Numbered from the stretch's first letter, positions 22,139 to 34,384 are shown. The stretch is 64,000 nucleotides of DNA from an uncultured Actinomycetes bacterium (GCA_963776425.1 CAVZMG010000005.1:402234-466233); one strand, 5' to 3'. Notes: generated by a model not told the origin, from the letters alone. Numbers and translations are program-made.

Positions 22139-25100
22139 TTACTCGTCGGCCGCCGGGCTCGCCCCTCCGAGCATCGCCTCCGCCTGTTCGCGCGTGAGCC
22201 CGACCAGGGCCGGCTCGGAACCGCCGGCCTCCACGGCCTCGAGGATCTCGCGCTGACGGGCGAGCCAGTACTCGGGGATCGCCTCGGGCTTGATCCGGAC
22301 CTGGGCGTTCCGGTAACGAGGCATCCCCGTACCGGCCGGGATCAGCTTGCCGATGATCACGTTCTCCTTCAGACCCAGCAACGGATCCGACCGCGCGCCG
22401 ATCGCGGCGTCGGTCAGGACCCGGGTGGTCTCCTGGAAGGAGGCCGCCGACAACCATGAGTCCGTCGCGAGCGACGCCTTCGTGATCCCGAGTAGGACCG
22501 GGCGGGCCGAAGCTGGCATCCCGCCGCCCTCGACCACCTCGGCGTTCGTCTCCTCGAACACGCGGCGCGCCACCATGTCGCCAGGCAGGAACGTCGTGTC
22601 TCCCGGCTCGATGATGTGCACCTTGCGGAGCATCTGCCGCACGATCAGCTCGATGTGCTTGTCGTGGATCGTCACGCCCTGGCTGCGGTAGACCTGCTGG
22701 ACTTCCTCCACCATGTGCAACTGCAGCGCCTGGACACCCTCGACGCGGAGCTTCTCGTGAGGGTTCACCGAACCCTCGGTGAGTCGCTGCCCGACCTCGA
22801 CCGCCTCGCCATCGGAGACCGTGAGACGAGCGCGGAACGACACGGGGTACTCCACCATGTCGCCCGTCTCGTCCGTGACGCGGATCCGACGGACGTGCTT
22901 CTCCTCGTCGTCATCGATCGACACGGTGCCCGAGAGCTCGGTGATCTGCGCCTCGCCCTTGGGCTTGCGTGCCTCGAACAGCTCGACGACACGTGGCAGG
23001 CCGTGCGTGATGTCCTCACCGGCGACGCCACCGGTGTGGAACGTCCGCATGGTCAGCTGCGTCCCCGGCTCACCGATCGACTGGGCGGCGATGATGCCGA
23101 CCGCCTCGCCGATGTCGACGACCCGGCCTGAGGCCAGGTTCCGTCCGTAGCAGAGGCGGCAGACGCCGACCTCCGCCTCGCAGGTGATGACCGAGCGCAC
23201 GCGCACGGATTCGACACCGGACGCGACGACGACCTCGGTCAACTCGTCGGTCAACTCGTCGCCGGCCAATGCGACCTTCTTGCTCCCGACCTTGACGTCC
23301 TCGGCCAGGATGCGTCCGAAGATGCTGGTCTCGATGTGCGCCGCCCGGACGACCGATCCGTCGGGACGGACCACGTTCACCTGAACCGGCACGCTCCGGT
23401 CGGAACCGCAGTCGTCCTCGCGGATGATCAGTTCCTGGGCCACATCCACGAGCCGCCGGGTCAGGTAGCCCGAGTCGGCGGTCCGCAGCGCGGTGTCGGC
23501 CAGACCCTTGCGCGCGCCGTGCGTGGAGATGAAGTACTCCAGGACGGACAGTCCCTCGCGGAAGTTCGACTTGATCGGGCGGGGGATGATCTCGCCCTTC
23601 GGGTTGGCGACCAGGCCACGCATCCCAGCCAGCTGCCGGATCTGCATGAGCGTCCCGCGAGCTCCCGAGTTCGCCATCATGAAGATCGGGTTCGTGGGGG
23701 TGAACTGCAACTCCATGGCGTCCTTGACCTCGTCGGTCGCCTTGGTCCAGATCTCGATCAGCTCCTGGCGGCGCTCGTCGTCCGTGATGATGCCGCGGCG
23801 GTACTGGGTCTCGACCTTCTGGGCGCTCTTCTCGTGCTCGTCCAGGATCTTGGCCTTCGAGGGCGGCGTGGTGACGTCTTCGACGCCCACCGTGACACCC
23901 GCGCGCGTGGCGTAGTGGAACCCAAGGTTCTTCAGGTTGTCGAGCGTCTCCTCGACCTTCGCCCGGTCGTAGTCGTGCACCGTCTGGTCGACGAACCGAG
24001 CGATGTCGCTCTTCACGACGATCTGGTTCCGGAACTCGAAGTCATCGGGGAACGCCTGGTTGAAGATCACACGACCGATCGTGGTGCGCACCACCGGGGT
24101 CCGGCCATCTTGCGCGTTCCGGTCCCAGCCTTCCGGCAGCATGTCGTCCGGAAGCTTCTTGCCGTCGAGCCGGATCCGGACAGGACGCTGCAGCGAGTAC
24201 CCCGAGTCCAGTGCCAGCAGTGCCTCGGCGACCGAGCCGAACACCGGCGTGTCCTCGTCCTTCGTCTCCTCTTCGATCGGGAGCGTGAGGTAGTACAGAC
24301 CCAGGACCATGTCCTGCGTCGGGGTCGCGATCGGACGACCGTGCGCCGGCGACAGGATGTTGTTCGCCGAGAGCATCAGGATCCGGGCTTCGGCTTGCGC
24401 CTCGGCGGACAGCGGCACGTGCACCGCCATCTGGTCCCCGTCGAAGTCGGCGTTGAACGCCGCGCACACGAGCGGGTGGATCTTGATGGCCTTGCCTTCG
24501 ACGAGCACCGGCTCGAACGCCTGGATACCCAAGCGGTGAAGCGTAGGCGCGCGGTTCAGCATGACCGGGTGCTCCCTGATGACCTCCTCGAGCACGTCCC
24601 AGACCTGCGGACGGGCGCGCTCGACCATGCGCTTGGCGCTCTTGATGTTCTGCGCGAGCGCCTGGTCGACGAGCCGCTTCATCACGAACGGCTTGAACAG
24701 CTCGAGGGCCATCTGCTTCGGAAGTCCGCACTGGTGCAGGCGAAGCTCCGGACCCACCACGATCACCGAACGGCCCGAGTAGTCGACGCGCTTGCCCAGC
24801 AGGTTCTGCCGGAACCGGCCCTGCTTGCCCTTCAACATGTCCGAGAGCGACTTCAGGGGGCGGTTGCCGGGACCCGTGACCGGACGACCGCGACGACCGT
24901 TGTCGAACAGCGCGTCGACGGCCTCCTGCAGCATCCGCTTCTCGTTGTTGACGATGATCTCCGGCGCCTGCAGGTCGAGCAGTCGCTTCAGCCGGTTGTT
25001 CCGGTTGATGACGCGGCGGTAGAGGTCGTTCAGGTCCGAGGTGGCGAAGCGGCCACCATCCAGCTGCACCATCGGGCGCAGGTCGGGCGGGATCACCGGG

Positions 25101-26050
25101 ATGGCGTCGAGCACCATCCCCATCGGGTTCGAACGCCCGTCGACGAAGTTCGAGACGACCTTGAGCCGCTTGATCGCCTTCAGGCGACGCGTCCCTTTGC
25201 CGTTCTCGATCTGGTCGCGGAGCACGGCGGATTCCGCCTCGACGTCGTAGTCGGAGAGCAGGCGCTTGATCGCCTCGGCGCCCATGCCGCCGTCGAAGTA
25301 ATCGCCGAACCGCTCGCGGAGGGAACGGTAGACGCTGTCGTCGGCCACCAGCTGCTTGACCGACAGGCCCTTGAACGCGGACAGGACGTCGTCGAGGTGC
25401 TGGGTCTCGCGGCCCGCGGCCTCGTGGATCCGCTCCACGTCGCGCTGGGCCTCCCGCTTGGCGGCGGAGAGCTGTGCGCCCTTCGCCCCTTCGGCCTCGA
25501 GCTCCTTCAACCGGTCCTCGAGCTCGTTCAGCCGCCGCTTGACCTGCTCGTCGCGGTCGGCCTCGATGTCCTTCTTCTCCTGCTCGAGCTCGGCCTCGAT
25601 CTCGGGCAGTTCCTTGTGCCGACGGTCCACGTCGATCCGTGTGATGACGTAGGCCGCGAAGTAGATGATCCGCTCGAGGTCCTTGGGCGCCAGATCCAGC
25701 AGGTATCCGAGGCGGGACGGAACGCCCTTGAAGTACCAGATGTGGGTGACGGGCGCGGCGAGCTCGATGTGGCCCATGCGGTCGCGACGGACCTTGGAAC
25801 GCGTGATCTCCACGCCACAGCGCTCGCAGATGATGCCCTTGAAGCGGACGCGCTTGTACTTGCCGCAGTGGCACTCCCAGTCCCGGGTGGGACCGAAGAT
25901 CCGCTCACAGAACAGACCGTCTTTCTCGGGCTTCAGCGTTCGGTAGTTGATGGTCTCCGGCTTCTTCACCTCGCCGTTGGACCAAGCGCGGATCTGATCG
26001 GCCTGCGCAAGACCGATCCGGAGTTCATCGAAGTAGTTGACGTCCAGCAC
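22139..26050 (-). CDS. rpoC: DNA-directed RNA polymerase subunit beta'
   Basis: 1303 aa with the NADFDGDQM active site. Confidence 0.98.
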   Translation of the reverse strand: MLDVNYFDELRIGLAQADQIRAWSNGEVKKPETINYRTLKPEKDGLFCERIFGPTRDWECHCGKYKRVRFKGIICERCGVEITRSKVRRDRMGHIELAAPVTHIWYFKGVPSRLGYLLDLAPKDLERIIYFAAYVITRIDVDRRHKELPEIEAELEQEKKDIEADRDEQVKRRLNELEDRLKELEAEGAKGAQLSAAKREAQRDVERIHEAAGRETQHLDDVLSAFKGLSVKQLVADDSVYRSLRERFGDYFDGGMGAEAIKRLLSDYDVEAESAVLRDQIENGKGTRRLKAIKRLKVVSNFVDGRSNPMGMVLDAIPVIPPDLRPMVQLDGGRFATSDLNDLYRRVINRNNRLKRLLDLQAPEIIVNNEKRMLQEAVDALFDNGRRGRPVTGPGNRPLKSLSDMLKGKQGRFRQNLLGKRVDYSGRSVIVVGPELRLHQCGLPKQMALELFKPFVMKRLVDQALAQNIKSAKRMVERARPQVWDVLEEVIREHPVMLNRAPTLHRLGIQAFEPVLVEGKAIKIHPLVCAAFNADFDGDQMAVHVPLSAEAQAEARILMLSANNILSPAHGRPIATPTQDMVLGLYYLTLPIEEETKDEDTPVFGSVAEALLALDSGYSLQRPVRIRLDGKKLPDDMLPEGWDRNAQDGRTPVVRTTIGRVIFNQAFPDDFEFRNQIVVKSDIARFVDQTVHDYDRAKVEETLDNLKNLGFHYATRAGVTVGVEDVTTPPSKAKILDEHEKSAQKVETQYRRGIITDDERRQELIEIWTKATDEVKDAMELQFTPTNPIFMMANSGARGTLMQIRQLAGMRGLVANPKGEIIPRPIKSNFREGLSVLEYFISTHGARKGLADTALRTADSGYLTRRLVDVAQELIIREDDCGSDRSVPVQVNVVRPDGSVVRAAHIETSIFGRILAEDVKVGSKKVALAGDELTDELTEVVVASGVESVRVRSVITCEAEVGVCRLCYGRNLASGRVVDIGEAVGIIAAQSIGEPGTQLTMRTFHTGGVAGEDITHGLPRVVELFEARKPKGEAQITELSGTVSIDDDEEKHVRRIRVTDETGDMVEYPVSFRARLTVSDGEAVEVGQRLTEGSVNPHEKLRVEGVQALQLHMVEEVQQVYRSQGVTIHDKHIELIVRQMLRKVHIIEPGDTTFLPGDMVARRVFEETNAEVVEGGGMPASARPVLLGITKASLATDSWLSAASFQETTRVLTDAAIGARSDPLLGLKENVIIGKLIPAGTGMPRYRNAQVRIKPEAIPEYWLARQREILEAVEAGGSEPALVGLTREQAEAMLGGASPAADE

Positions 26051-26112
26051 TTAAGCGCTCGCCTCCTCGCGTGGCTCGCTCTTCACCCTGTTCAACGCTC
26101 GCGTGTTCCCGC

Positions 26113-29100
26113 TCAGTCGAAATCAGCCCCCGCCGGCTCGCGCCGGGAGAGGTCGATGCCGAGCTCCTCGGCTGCACGGAACACGTCCTCGTCGGTCTCG
26201 CGGAGCTCGATCTCCTCGCCGGAACTCGAACGGACCTCGACGTTCAAGCAGAGGGACTGCATCTCCTTGATCAAGACCTTGAACGACTCCGGGATCCCCG
26301 GTTCGGGGATGTTCTCGCCCTTCACGATCGCCTCGTACACCTTCACGCGGCCAAGCACGTCGTCCGACTTGATCGTGAGCAGCTCCTGCAGGGCATAGGC
26401 GGCACCGTAGGCCTCCAAGGCCCAGACCTCCATCTCGCCGAACCGCTGCCCGCCGAACTGGGCCTTCCCGCCCAAGGGCTGCTGCGTGATCATCGAGTAC
26501 GGGCCGGTCGAACGAGCGTGGATCTTGTCGTCGACCAGGTGGAGCAGCTTCAGGATGTAGGCGACGCCGACCGTCACCGGCTCCTCGAACGGCTCGCCGG
26601 AGCGTCCGTCGAACAGTCGGGACTTGCCGACGTCGTCGATCAACCGCACACCGTCGGCGTTCGCGTGTGAGCTCCGGATCGCGTCGAGGATCTCGCCTTC
26701 GCGCGCGCCGTCGAACACGGGTGTCGCGACATGGACCGGACCGACGTGGTCGACACCATCCTTCTTGAACCCGACCAGGGCCGCGTAGCCGAGATGCGCT
26801 TCGAGCACCTGACCCAGGTTCATCCGCGACGGCACGCCGAGCGGGTTCAGGATGATGTCGACGGGCGTTCCGTCCTCCAGGAACGGCATGTCTTCCTCGG
26901 GAAGGATCGTCGAGATGACGCCCTTGTTCCCGTGGCGACCGGCAAGCTTGTCCCCGTCGGAGATCTTCCGCTTGGTCGCGACGTACACCCGGACCAGTTG
27001 GTTCACACCGGGCGGGAGCTCGTCGCCGTCGTCACGGCTGAATACGCGGACGCCGATCACCTTTCCGGATTCACCGTGCGGGACCTTCAGCGACGTGTCG
27101 CGCACCTCGCGCGCCTTCTCGCCGAAGATCGCGCGGAGCAGCCGCTCCTCGGGAGTGAGCTCGGTCTCGCCCTTCGGGGTCACCTTGCCGACCAGGTAGT
27201 CGCCCGGGTTGACCTCAGCGCCGATCCGAACGATCCCGCGCTCGTCGAGATCCTTCAGGATCTCCTCCGAGACGTTCGGGATGTCGCGCGTGATCTCCTC
27301 GGCGCCCAGCTTCGTGTCTCGGGCGTCGACCTCGTACTCCTCGATGTGGATCGACGTGAGCACGTCGTCCTTGACGAGTCGCTCGGACAGGATGATCGCG
27401 TCCTCGTAGTTGTGGCCCTCCCATGGCATGTAGGCCACGACCAGGTTCTTGCCCAGCGCGATCTCTCCGGCCTCGGTCGATGGACCATCCGCGATGACCT
27501 GGCCCTTCACGACCTTGTCGCCGGCTTCGACGATCGGCTTCTGGTTCTGACAGGTGCCCTGGTTGGATCGGCGGTACTTGAGGAGCTTGTAGTTCCGCAG
27601 ACTGCCGGTCCGCTCCTTGACGACGATCTCGTCCGCCGAAACCTCCTCGACCACGCCGGCTTCCCGTGAGATCACGACGTCGCCGGCGTCGACCGCGGCA
27701 CGGAACTCCACGCCGGTGCCGACGAGCGGCGCCTCGGAACGGAGCAACGGCACGGCCTGACGCTGCATGTTGGCGCCCATCAGAGCCCGGTTCGCGTCGT
27801 CGTGCTCGAGGAACGGGATCAGGGCCGCGGCGACCGACACGAGCTGCTTGGGCGACACGTCCATGTAATCGACCTCGTCGGGCGGCACCGAGTCGACCTC
27901 GCCGCCCTTGCGGCGAACCAGCACGGTCGGCTCCGTGAACTTGCCCGTCTTGTCGATCGGCGCGTTCGCCTGGGCGATGACGTGCTTGTCCTCTTCGTCA
28001 GCCGACAGATAGTCGATCTTGTCGGTGACCTTGCCCGCGGTAACGCGGCGATACGGCGTTTCGATGAACCCGAACTCGTTGATCCGCCCATACGACGACA
28101 GGGATCCGATCAGACCGATGTTCGGACCTTCAGGCGTCTCGATCGGGCACATGCGCCCGTAGTGCGATGGGTGCACGTCGCGGACCTCGAACCCCGCGCG
28201 CTCGCGTGAGAGCCCACCAGGTCCGAGCGCCGAGAGACGCCGCTTGTGCGTGAGCCCGGCGAGGGTGTTCGTCTGGTCCATGAATTGCGAAAGCTGCGAC
28301 GTCCCGAAGAACTCCTTGATCGAGGCGACGACCGGGCGGATGTTGATCAACGTCTGCGGCGTGATCGCCTCGACGTCTTGAGTCGTCATCCGTTCCTTGA
28401 CGACGCGCTCCATACGCGAGAGTCCGATCCGGATCTGGTTCTGGATCAACTCACCGACGCTACGGAGGCGACGGTTGCCGAAGTGGTCGATGTCGTCCTG
28501 GTCGTAGCCGTCCTCGCCGGCGTGCAGCTTCACGAGGTAACGGACGGTCTTCAGGATGTCCTCGTACGTGAGAACCGCCTTGTACTTGGGGGCCCCCGCG
28601 CCCGACTCTTCCTTCTGGAGGTCGGCGAACACGCGGTAGCGGAACTGCTCCCACGCCTTCTTGTCCGGGTTGTCCAGCTCCATCAGCGCCTTGGAATGCG
28701 CCCGGAGCTGCTTCAGGAGATCGCCCTCGGCGCCACCGAGCTTCTTGTCTACCTTGTGCCGGCCGACACGGGCGAGGTCGTAACGCTTGGGATTGAAGAA
28801 GAGGTTCTCGAGCAGGGTCTTCGCCGACTCGGCCGTGGGCGGCTCGCCCGGACGGAGCTTGCGGTAGATGTCCTCCAGGGCTTCTTCCTGCGTCTCGACG
28901 TGGTCCTTCTCGAGCGTCAGCTGGATCGATGGCGCGTTGCCGAACAGCGTGAGGATCTCGTCGGCGGTCCACCCGAGGGCCTTCAACAGAACCGTCACGT
29001 TCTGCCGACGCTTGCGGTCGATCCGCACGCCGACCGTGTCCTTCTTATCCACGTCGAACTCGAGCCAAGCACCGCGCCCGGGGATGATCTTCGCGATGTA

Positions 29101-29565
29101 GACGTCCTTGTCGGTCGTCTTATCGAGCTCTCGCGAGAAGTAGACCCCTGGCGAACGGACGAGCTGCGAGACAACGACGCGCTCGGTCCCGTTGATGATG
29201 AAGGTCCCCCGACCGGTCATGATCGGGAAGTCCCCCATGAAGACTTCCTGCTCCTTGATCTCGCCGGTCACCTTGTTGACGAAGGTGGCCTCGACGAAGA
29301 GCGGCTGGCTGTAGGTGATGTCCTTGTCGCGGCACTCCTCTTCGGAGGCTTTGACGTCTTTGAACTGATGCTTCCCGAAATACAGCTGGAACTGTTCGGT
29401 GAAGTCCTCGATCGGAGAGACCTCCTCGAGGACCTCCTTCAGACCTTCTGAGAGGAGCCAGTCGAACGACTCTCTCTGGATGCCCACGAGGTCGGGAAGC
29501 GGTAGGACCTCGTCGAGCTTGGCGAAACTGACACGATCGCGGACAGGGACGAGCTGCTCAGGCAA
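26113..29565 (-). CDS. rpoB: DNA-directed RNA polymerase subunit beta
   Basis: 1150 aa. Confidence 0.98.
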   Translation of the reverse strand: MPEQLVPVRDRVSFAKLDEVLPLPDLVGIQRESFDWLLSEGLKEVLEEVSPIEDFTEQFQLYFGKHQFKDVKASEEECRDKDITYSQPLFVEATFVNKVTGEIKEQEVFMGDFPIMTGRGTFIINGTERVVVSQLVRSPGVYFSRELDKTTDKDVYIAKIIPGRGAWLEFDVDKKDTVGVRIDRKRRQNVTVLLKALGWTADEILTLFGNAPSIQLTLEKDHVETQEEALEDIYRKLRPGEPPTAESAKTLLENLFFNPKRYDLARVGRHKVDKKLGGAEGDLLKQLRAHSKALMELDNPDKKAWEQFRYRVFADLQKEESGAGAPKYKAVLTYEDILKTVRYLVKLHAGEDGYDQDDIDHFGNRRLRSVGELIQNQIRIGLSRMERVVKERMTTQDVEAITPQTLINIRPVVASIKEFFGTSQLSQFMDQTNTLAGLTHKRRLSALGPGGLSRERAGFEVRDVHPSHYGRMCPIETPEGPNIGLIGSLSSYGRINEFGFIETPYRRVTAGKVTDKIDYLSADEEDKHVIAQANAPIDKTGKFTEPTVLVRRKGGEVDSVPPDEVDYMDVSPKQLVSVAAALIPFLEHDDANRALMGANMQRQAVPLLRSEAPLVGTGVEFRAAVDAGDVVISREAGVVEEVSADEIVVKERTGSLRNYKLLKYRRSNQGTCQNQKPIVEAGDKVVKGQVIADGPSTEAGEIALGKNLVVAYMPWEGHNYEDAIILSERLVKDDVLTSIHIEEYEVDARDTKLGAEEITRDIPNVSEEILKDLDERGIVRIGAEVNPGDYLVGKVTPKGETELTPEERLLRAIFGEKAREVRDTSLKVPHGESGKVIGVRVFSRDDGDELPPGVNQLVRVYVATKRKISDGDKLAGRHGNKGVISTILPEEDMPFLEDGTPVDIILNPLGVPSRMNLGQVLEAHLGYAALVGFKKDGVDHVGPVHVATPVFDGAREGEILDAIRSSHANADGVRLIDDVGKSRLFDGRSGEPFEEPVTVGVAYILKLLHLVDDKIHARSTGPYSMITQQPLGGKAQFGGQRFGEMEVWALEAYGAAYALQELLTIKSDDVLGRVKVYEAIVKGENIPEPGIPESFKVLIKEMQSLCLNVEVRSSSGEEIELRETDEDVFRAAEELGIDLSRREPAGADFD

Positions 29566-29632
29566 ACGAGATCCCTCCCGGGGCTACTAGCTGGCGCACT
29601 GCGGAGCGCGGTGGACGTCACGGCAAACGGGT

Positions 29633-29661
29633 AGTGTACGCACGAAGGTGGGCACAGTCAA
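29633..29661 (-). promoter_or_regulatory. candidate sigma70-type rpoB promoter (-35 TTGACT, 17-nt spacer, -10 TACACT)
   Basis: The hexamers were read on the minus strand about 70-95 nt upstream of the rpoB ATG. Confidence 0.4.
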
Positions 29662-29720
29662 CCGCACCTGCGGAACCCCCGGCAGGGACGGCGGAAGGCT
29701 ACGCCTTGTCGGGCGCGGGG

Positions 29721-30290
29721 TCAACCCACCGAAGGGTGGAACCGAGGCAGATCCTCGCCGATCTCTTGGAGCAACGGATTCTGCCGATCCCTCTCGGAGA
29801 GGATCGGATCCGTTGCGGGCCAGTCGATCCCTAACACGGGGTCGTTCCAGGCCACCCCGAGCTCGTCGGCCGGGTCGTAGTAGGCGTCGACCAGGTACAC
29901 CATGGTGTAGTCGGTGGTGGCGTAGAAGCCATGGGCCACACCGGGAGGCACGAACAGTCCGACCGGTTCGGATCCCGTGAGCGTCAAGGTGGCCACCCCC
30001 CGCTCCGTCGGCGAGCCCGGCCGGAGGTCCAGCAGCGCCACGAACGCGGTTCCCGACACCGCCAGCCAGTAGTCCCACTGACGTCGATGGAAGTGGAGTC
30101 CGCGCAGGACGCCGGCGCGCGATCGCGACAGGTTGGCCTGACGAGGAGGGGTTCTGCCGGGGATCCACGAGCCGCGGAAGAACTCGAGGAACGCACCACG
30201 ATCGTCAACGCGGGACTCGAGGGAGACGAGGACCACGCCTTCGATCCCCGCACCCGGCGACGTGGACGTCGACTCGACCCGGTCGTCGTT
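29721..30290 (-). CDS. rmlC: dTDP-4-dehydrorhamnose 3,5-epimerase-like cupin (RmlC family); 5' boundary uncertain
   Basis: The C-terminal ~185 aa of the 357-aa track ORF match RmlC motifs (RGLHFH, LFVPPGVAHGF, DPADELGVAWNDPVLGIDWP). There is no in-frame ATG near the expected start, so the start is possibly GTG or CTG. The rest of the track ORF overlaps the XRE gene in another frame. Confidence 0.7.
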   Translation of the reverse strand, partial: NDDRVESTSTSPGAGIEGVVLVSLESRVDDRGAFLEFFRGSWIPGRTPPRQANLSRSRAGVLRGLHFHRRQWDYWLAVSGTAFVALLDLRPGSPTERGVATLTLTGSEPVGLFVPPGVAHGFYATTDYTMVYLVDAYYDPADELGVAWNDPVLGIDWPATDPILSERDRQNPLLQEIGEDLPRFHPSVG

Positions 30291-30295
30291 CGCCG

Positions 30296-30727
30296 TCAGG
30301 AGAGCTCGACGCCGGCAGGCACGTCGACCCACGTGCTCATCGGCTCGGTCGAGCCCGTCTGAGCCGGCAGATCGCCTGGGGTGAAGGACTCCATCCCGCC
30401 GAGCGCCTGCACCATGTCCGCGACCGCGTGGGCAAGCCGCGCACCTTGTTCTGGCGTCTCGACGTTGACCCCTCGGTCGGTCAGAACCGCGAAGAATCCC
30501 TCGAGGATCGCGCGCTGGTCGCCGAGGAGGGACGCCTCCGAGACATTCAGCGCCTTGGCGAGGCGAGCGAGCGTTTGGATCGACGGCTCGACGTGGCCGT
30601 TCTCGTATCGAGAGAGCCGGGCTTTCGGGATCCCGGACAACTCTTCGAGCTCTGATTGGCTGAGACCGGCGTGGATACGGGCCTCCCGCAACCTGTTGCC
30701 GAAGTGCTTCTCGTCGCTCGTGTTCAT
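30296..30727 (-). CDS. XRE-family helix-turn-helix transcriptional regulator
   Basis: 143 aa. The N-terminal HTH_3 (LREARIHAGLSQSELEELSGIPKARLSRYENG) is followed by a ~70-aa unknown C-terminal domain. Confidence 0.8.
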   Translation of the reverse strand: MNTSDEKHFGNRLREARIHAGLSQSELEELSGIPKARLSRYENGHVEPSIQTLARLAKALNVSEASLLGDQRAILEGFFAVLTDRGVNVETPEQGARLAHAVADMVQALGGMESFTPGDLPAQTGSTEPMSTWVDVPAGVELS

Positions 30728-30822
30728 CGCGACTCCTCCATCCGCGGGCCACCGAGAACCAAGGAGTCCCCTCCCCCGGCGCGCACGATAGCACAGGCCC
30801 TCAGAGAGCTTTATAGCCAGAC

Positions 30823-30859
30823 GCCCGGGGCGGGAGCCTGCTCGGAACCGGCCCCGGGC
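30823..30859 (-). terminator. hairpin terminator downstream of rplL
   Basis: gcccggggcggg … ccggccccgggc is an 11/12-bp stem, followed on the minus strand by UAUAAAGCUCUCU. Confidence 0.45.
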
Positions 30860-30868
30860 ACCTCGCGA

Positions 30869-31258
30869 CTACTTGATCTCGACGGTGGCGCCTGCGCCTT
30901 CGAGGGTCTCTTTCGCCTTGTCGGCCGCCTCTTTGGCGACCCGCTCAAGGACGGGCTTGGGAGCGTTGTCCACCAGATCCTTGGCCTCCTTCAGACCGAG
31001 GCTGGTGAGCGCGCGCACCTCCTTGATGACCTGGATCTTCTTGTCGCCGGCGCCGGTGAGGATCACGTCGAACTCCGTCTGCTCCTCTTCGGCCTCCGCG
31101 CCTGCACCACCGCCGCCGGCGGCGGCCATCATCACGGGCGCGGCGGCTGCTGCCTTCACGTCGAACGCCTCTTCGAACTGCTTGATGAACGCCGATAGTT
31201 CGAGGAGGGTCATCTCCTTGAACTGGTCGAGCAACTCGTCCGTGTTCATCTTCGCCAT
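30869..31258 (-). CDS. rplL: 50S ribosomal protein L7/L12
   Basis: 129 aa. Confidence 0.95.
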   Translation of the reverse strand: MAKMNTDELLDQFKEMTLLELSAFIKQFEEAFDVKAAAAAPVMMAAAGGGGAGAEAEEEQTEFDVILTGAGDKKIQVIKEVRALTSLGLKEAKDLVDNAPKPVLERVAKEAADKAKETLEGAGATVEIK

Positions 31259-31261
31259 GGG

Positions 31262-31921
31262 TTACTCCTCTCCTTGTTCCTCTTGTTCTTCGGAGGCCTC
31301 GGCCTCGATCGTCTCGTCCGCAACGACCTGATCGTCGGTTCGCGGGTCGGCTTGCTCCGCAGGGATCTCTTGCTCCGCGGGGACCTCTGCGAGGACCTCC
31401 TCCCCCGGTGGCACCTTCTCTTTGTACGCCTCCAGCAGCGAGAGGAACCGCGACTGGGCCGCGACGAACACCGCAGCCGCGCGGGACATCTCACCCTTCA
31501 GCAATCCTGCGACCTTGGACAGCATCACCTCACGGGGATCGAGGTCCGCCAGGCTCTTGGCCTCGTCGGCCGAGAGCACGCGACCGTCCATGTACCCGCC
31601 CTTCAGGATCAAGGCGGGGAACTTCTTCGCAGCGTCTACGACCTTCTTCGCAGCCGCGACCGGATCGCCCGAGACGAACGCCACGGCCGTCGGGCCTTCC
31701 AACAACGACTCCAGCTCTTCGATCGAGGCGTCCGCGGCTGCGCGCTGCATCAAGGTGTTCTTCACCACCGCGAAGCGAGCGCCGCCCTCAGCGAGGGATC
31801 GACGAAGCTCGGTGATGTCGGACACCGTGAGGCCGCGGTACTCGGTGAGCAGCAACGCGTCGGACCCTTCGATCCGATCCTTGAGCTCGCCGACCCGTTC
31901 GACCTTCTCGGCTCTGGGCAT
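31262..31921 (-). CDS. rplJ: 50S ribosomal protein L10 (with ~45-aa acidic C-terminal extension)
   Basis: 219 aa. The core is followed by …EQEIPAEQADPRTDDQVVADETIEAEASEEQEEQGEE. Confidence 0.92.
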   Translation of the reverse strand: MPRAEKVERVGELKDRIEGSDALLLTEYRGLTVSDITELRRSLAEGGARFAVVKNTLMQRAAADASIEELESLLEGPTAVAFVSGDPVAAAKKVVDAAKKFPALILKGGYMDGRVLSADEAKSLADLDPREVMLSKVAGLLKGEMSRAAAVFVAAQSRFLSLLEAYKEKVPPGEEVLAEVPAEQEIPAEQADPRTDDQVVADETIEAEASEEQEEQGEE

Positions 31922-32097
31922 CGCACCTCCTGTTGAGAAACGAGAACACGCGCCTCCGCAGACAGCGGAGACGCGCGTGGGCGCGACGTCTTCGGTTGCC
32001 TCGGCAGGTGCCCCGGAGGGATTACGCGCTCACGCGCCCCTGCTGTCTGCGGCTGGTGGAGCCTACCGGCGCCTCCCCCGGAACGACAAACCCTGCG
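31922..32097 (-). promoter_or_regulatory. rplJ 5' leader (candidate L10(L12)4 autoregulatory leader RNA)
   Basis: 176-nt untranslated gap between rplA and rplJ. It contains long-range complementary segments (ccgcagacagc / gctgtctgcgg), as seen in L10 leaders. Confidence 0.3.
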
Positions 32098-32811
32098 CTA
32101 GACGGCGATCGTTTCGGCACCCTTCGGATGGACGGGATCGATCCGAACGCTCGGACCCATGGTGGTAGAGACGGCCAGGCTCTTGATGTAGCGGCCCTTG
32201 GCGCCCGTCGGCTTCGCACGGAGCACCTCGTCCACGATCGAGAGGTAATTCTCGAACAGGGCGTGCTCATCGAACGACTTCTTTCCGAGAACGACGTGGA
32301 CGTTGCCGGTCTTGTCGGCTCGGTATTCGACCTTGCCGCCTTTGATGTCGGCGACGGCCTTCGCGATGTCCATGGTGACCGTCCCGGTCTTCGGATTCGG
32401 CATCAGCCCTCGCGGCCCGAGTACCCGCCCTGCCTTGCCGACCGCGGCCATCATGTCCGGGGTCGCGACCGCGGCGTCGAAGTCGATGTTGCCCTTGATG
32501 ACCTCTTCCACCAGCTCGTCGCCACCGACGACGTCGGCCCCGGCCTCGGTCGCCTCGCGAGCTTTGTCGCCCTGCGCGAACACGCCGACGCGGACGGAGC
32601 GGCCTGTGCCGTTCGGAAGTGACACGGTGCCTCGGACCATCTGGTCGGCCTTGCGGGTGTCGATCCCCAACCGGAACGCAACCTCCACGGTCTCGTCGAA
32701 CTTGGCGTCCGGCAGGCTCTTGAGGATGGCGAACGCCTCGAGCGGCACGTACTCGCGGTCTCGATCGATCTTGGATTCCGCCTCGCGATAGCGCTTCCCG
32801 TGGCCGCTCAT
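32098..32811 (-). CDS. rplA: 50S ribosomal protein L1
   Basis: 237 aa. Confidence 0.95.
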   Translation of the reverse strand: MSGHGKRYREAESKIDRDREYVPLEAFAILKSLPDAKFDETVEVAFRLGIDTRKADQMVRGTVSLPNGTGRSVRVGVFAQGDKAREATEAGADVVGGDELVEEVIKGNIDFDAAVATPDMMAAVGKAGRVLGPRGLMPNPKTGTVTMDIAKAVADIKGGKVEYRADKTGNVHVVLGKKSFDEHALFENYLSIVDEVLRAKPTGAKGRYIKSLAVSTTMGPSVRIDPVHPKGAETIAV

Positions 32812-33236
32812 GCGTCCACCTCCACGCCCATGCTCCGAGCGGTTCCGGCGATGATGCGCATGGCCATCTCTACGTCGTTCGCGTTGAGGTCGTCCATCTT
32901 CTGCTCTGCGATCTTCCGCACCTGATCCTGCGACAGATGCGCGACCTTGTTCCGGTTCGGGATGTCGCTGCCCTTCTCGATGCCGGCGGCCGACTTGATC
33001 AGCTCAGCGGCGGGCGGCTGCTTCGTCACGAACGAGAACGAGCGGTCCTCGTAGATCGTCAGTTCGACAGGGATGACCTGGCCTGAGAACTGCTGCGTCG
33101 CCTCGTTGTACTGCCGGCAGAAATCCATGATGTTCACGCCGTGCTGCCCCAATGCCGTGCCGACCGGCGGCGCCGGCGTGGCCTGTCCGGCCTTGATCTG
33201 GAGCTTGACGACGGCGAGCGTCTTCTTCTTCGCCAT
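32808..33236 (-). CDS. rplK: 50S ribosomal protein L11
   Basis: 142 aa. Confidence 0.95.
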   Translation of the reverse strand: MAKKKTLAVVKLQIKAGQATPAPPVGTALGQHGVNIMDFCRQYNEATQQFSGQVIPVELTIYEDRSFSFVTKQPPAAELIKSAAGIEKGSDIPNRNKVAHLSQDQVRKIAEQKMDDLNANDVEMAMRIIAGTARSMGVEVDA

Positions 33237-33297
33237 CCGTTCCTCTACCTCCTGCGGTTCCAGCGGCCGCTCTAGGCGGCCTCCCGCATCGTCGGGG

Positions 33298-34365
33298 TCA
33301 GACCTTCGACACCTGGTCGAAGCCGAGCTCGACCGGGGTCTCCCGGTCGAAGATGTTGACGAGCACCTTCAACTTGCTCTGGTCCACGTTGATCTCGCTG
33401 ATGGTGCCGTTGAAGTCCGCGAACGGGCCGGAGATGATCCGCACGACGTCGTTCTCTTCGAAGCCGAGCCGGAACTGCGGCTTCACCTCTTCCTTCTTCA
33501 CCACGAGGATCTTCTCCACCTCGCGGCGCGAGAGCGGCGTTGGCTTTGAGCCCGTGCCGGCCGACACGAACCCCGTGACTCCGGGCGTGTTGCGCACCAC
33601 GTACCACGAGTCGTTGTCGTAGATCATCTTCACTAGCAGATATCCCGGGAATACCTTCTTCTGGACGACCTGCTTCTTGCCGCCCTTGATCTCCATCACG
33701 TCCTCCATCGGGATGTGGACGTTGAAGATCTTGCCCTCCATCTGCATCGTGTGGATCCGCGACTCGAGGTTCGTCTTGACCTTGTTCTCGTAGCCCGCGT
33801 AGGTGTGAACCACGTACCAGTCGCCGGGCCCACCGAACGGATCGCTCGGATCGACCACCACGGGCTCATCCTTGGCCGCGCGGCGCGGAGCAGGGGTCGC
33901 GTCGACCGGTTCGCTCGCGATCGCGACGGCCAGAGCCTCCTCTTCCACCTCTTCGGCGGCCTCCTCCATGACGGTGACTTCGATGACTGCCTCGGCGAGC
34001 AGCTCGGCCGCTACCTCCTCGCCGATCGCCTCGACGGTCGCGGCGTCTTCGATCGCTTGCGCCGCGACGGCCTCAGCGGCGTCCTCATCCCCGGCCTCTT
34101 CGAGCACCTCGACCTGTTCGGCCGCCTCTTCGAGGATGTCTTGGGCCACCAGGTCTGCTTCGAGCTCGACCTCCGTCGCCTCGATCACGGCAGCTTCCAG
34201 GGTCTCTTCGGCAACCTCGTCCACGGCTCCCTGCAAGGCAGCCACTTCCTCGAGGGCGTCGGCGACGGGCGTCTCTGCCTCGGGCTCGGTCGTCGAGGAG
34301 TCGCCGGTCGGCGCTGTGGCGTCGAGCGCATCGTCCGTCGTCGTGGTCGTGGGATCGTCGTTCAC
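33298..34365 (-). CDS. nusG: transcription termination/antitermination factor NusG with ~170-aa acidic low-complexity N-terminal extension
   Basis: 355 aa. The NGN and KOW core (…[15 protein letters not shown]… …[16 protein letters not shown]…) is preceded by a long in-frame D/E/A/T-rich region. The first ATG lies only 19 nt from the secE stop. Confidence 0.9.
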   Translation of the reverse strand: MNDDPTTTTTDDALDATAPTGDSSTTEPEAETPVADALEEVAALQGAVDEVAEETLEAAVIEATEVELEADLVAQDILEEAAEQVEVLEEAGDEDAAEAVAAQAIEDAATVEAIGEEVAAELLAEAVIEVTVMEEAAEEVEEEALAVAIASEPVDATPAPRRAAKDEPVVVDPSDPFGGPGDWYVVHTYAGYENKVKTNLESRIHTMQMEGKIFNVHIPMEDVMEIKGGKKQVVQKKVFPGYLLVKMIYDNDSWYVVRNTPGVTGFVSAGTGSKPTPLSRREVEKILVVKKEEVKPQFRLGFEENDVVRIISGPFADFNGTISEINVDQSKLKVLVNIFDRETPVELGFDQVSKV

Positions 34366-34384
34366 GGGGCTCCCTCGTGGGGGA

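Noticed and set aside
23336-26398. 1020-aa + strand ORF and 610-aa alternate-frame minus ORF (24042..25874)
   Set aside because: Both lie entirely inside rpoC. They are stop-free frames typical of high-GC DNA, not genes.
30291-30794. N-terminal ~170 aa of the 357-aa rmlC track ORF
   Set aside because: It is a different frame across the XRE gene, Arg-rich, with no homology. Only the C-terminal RmlC domain is real.
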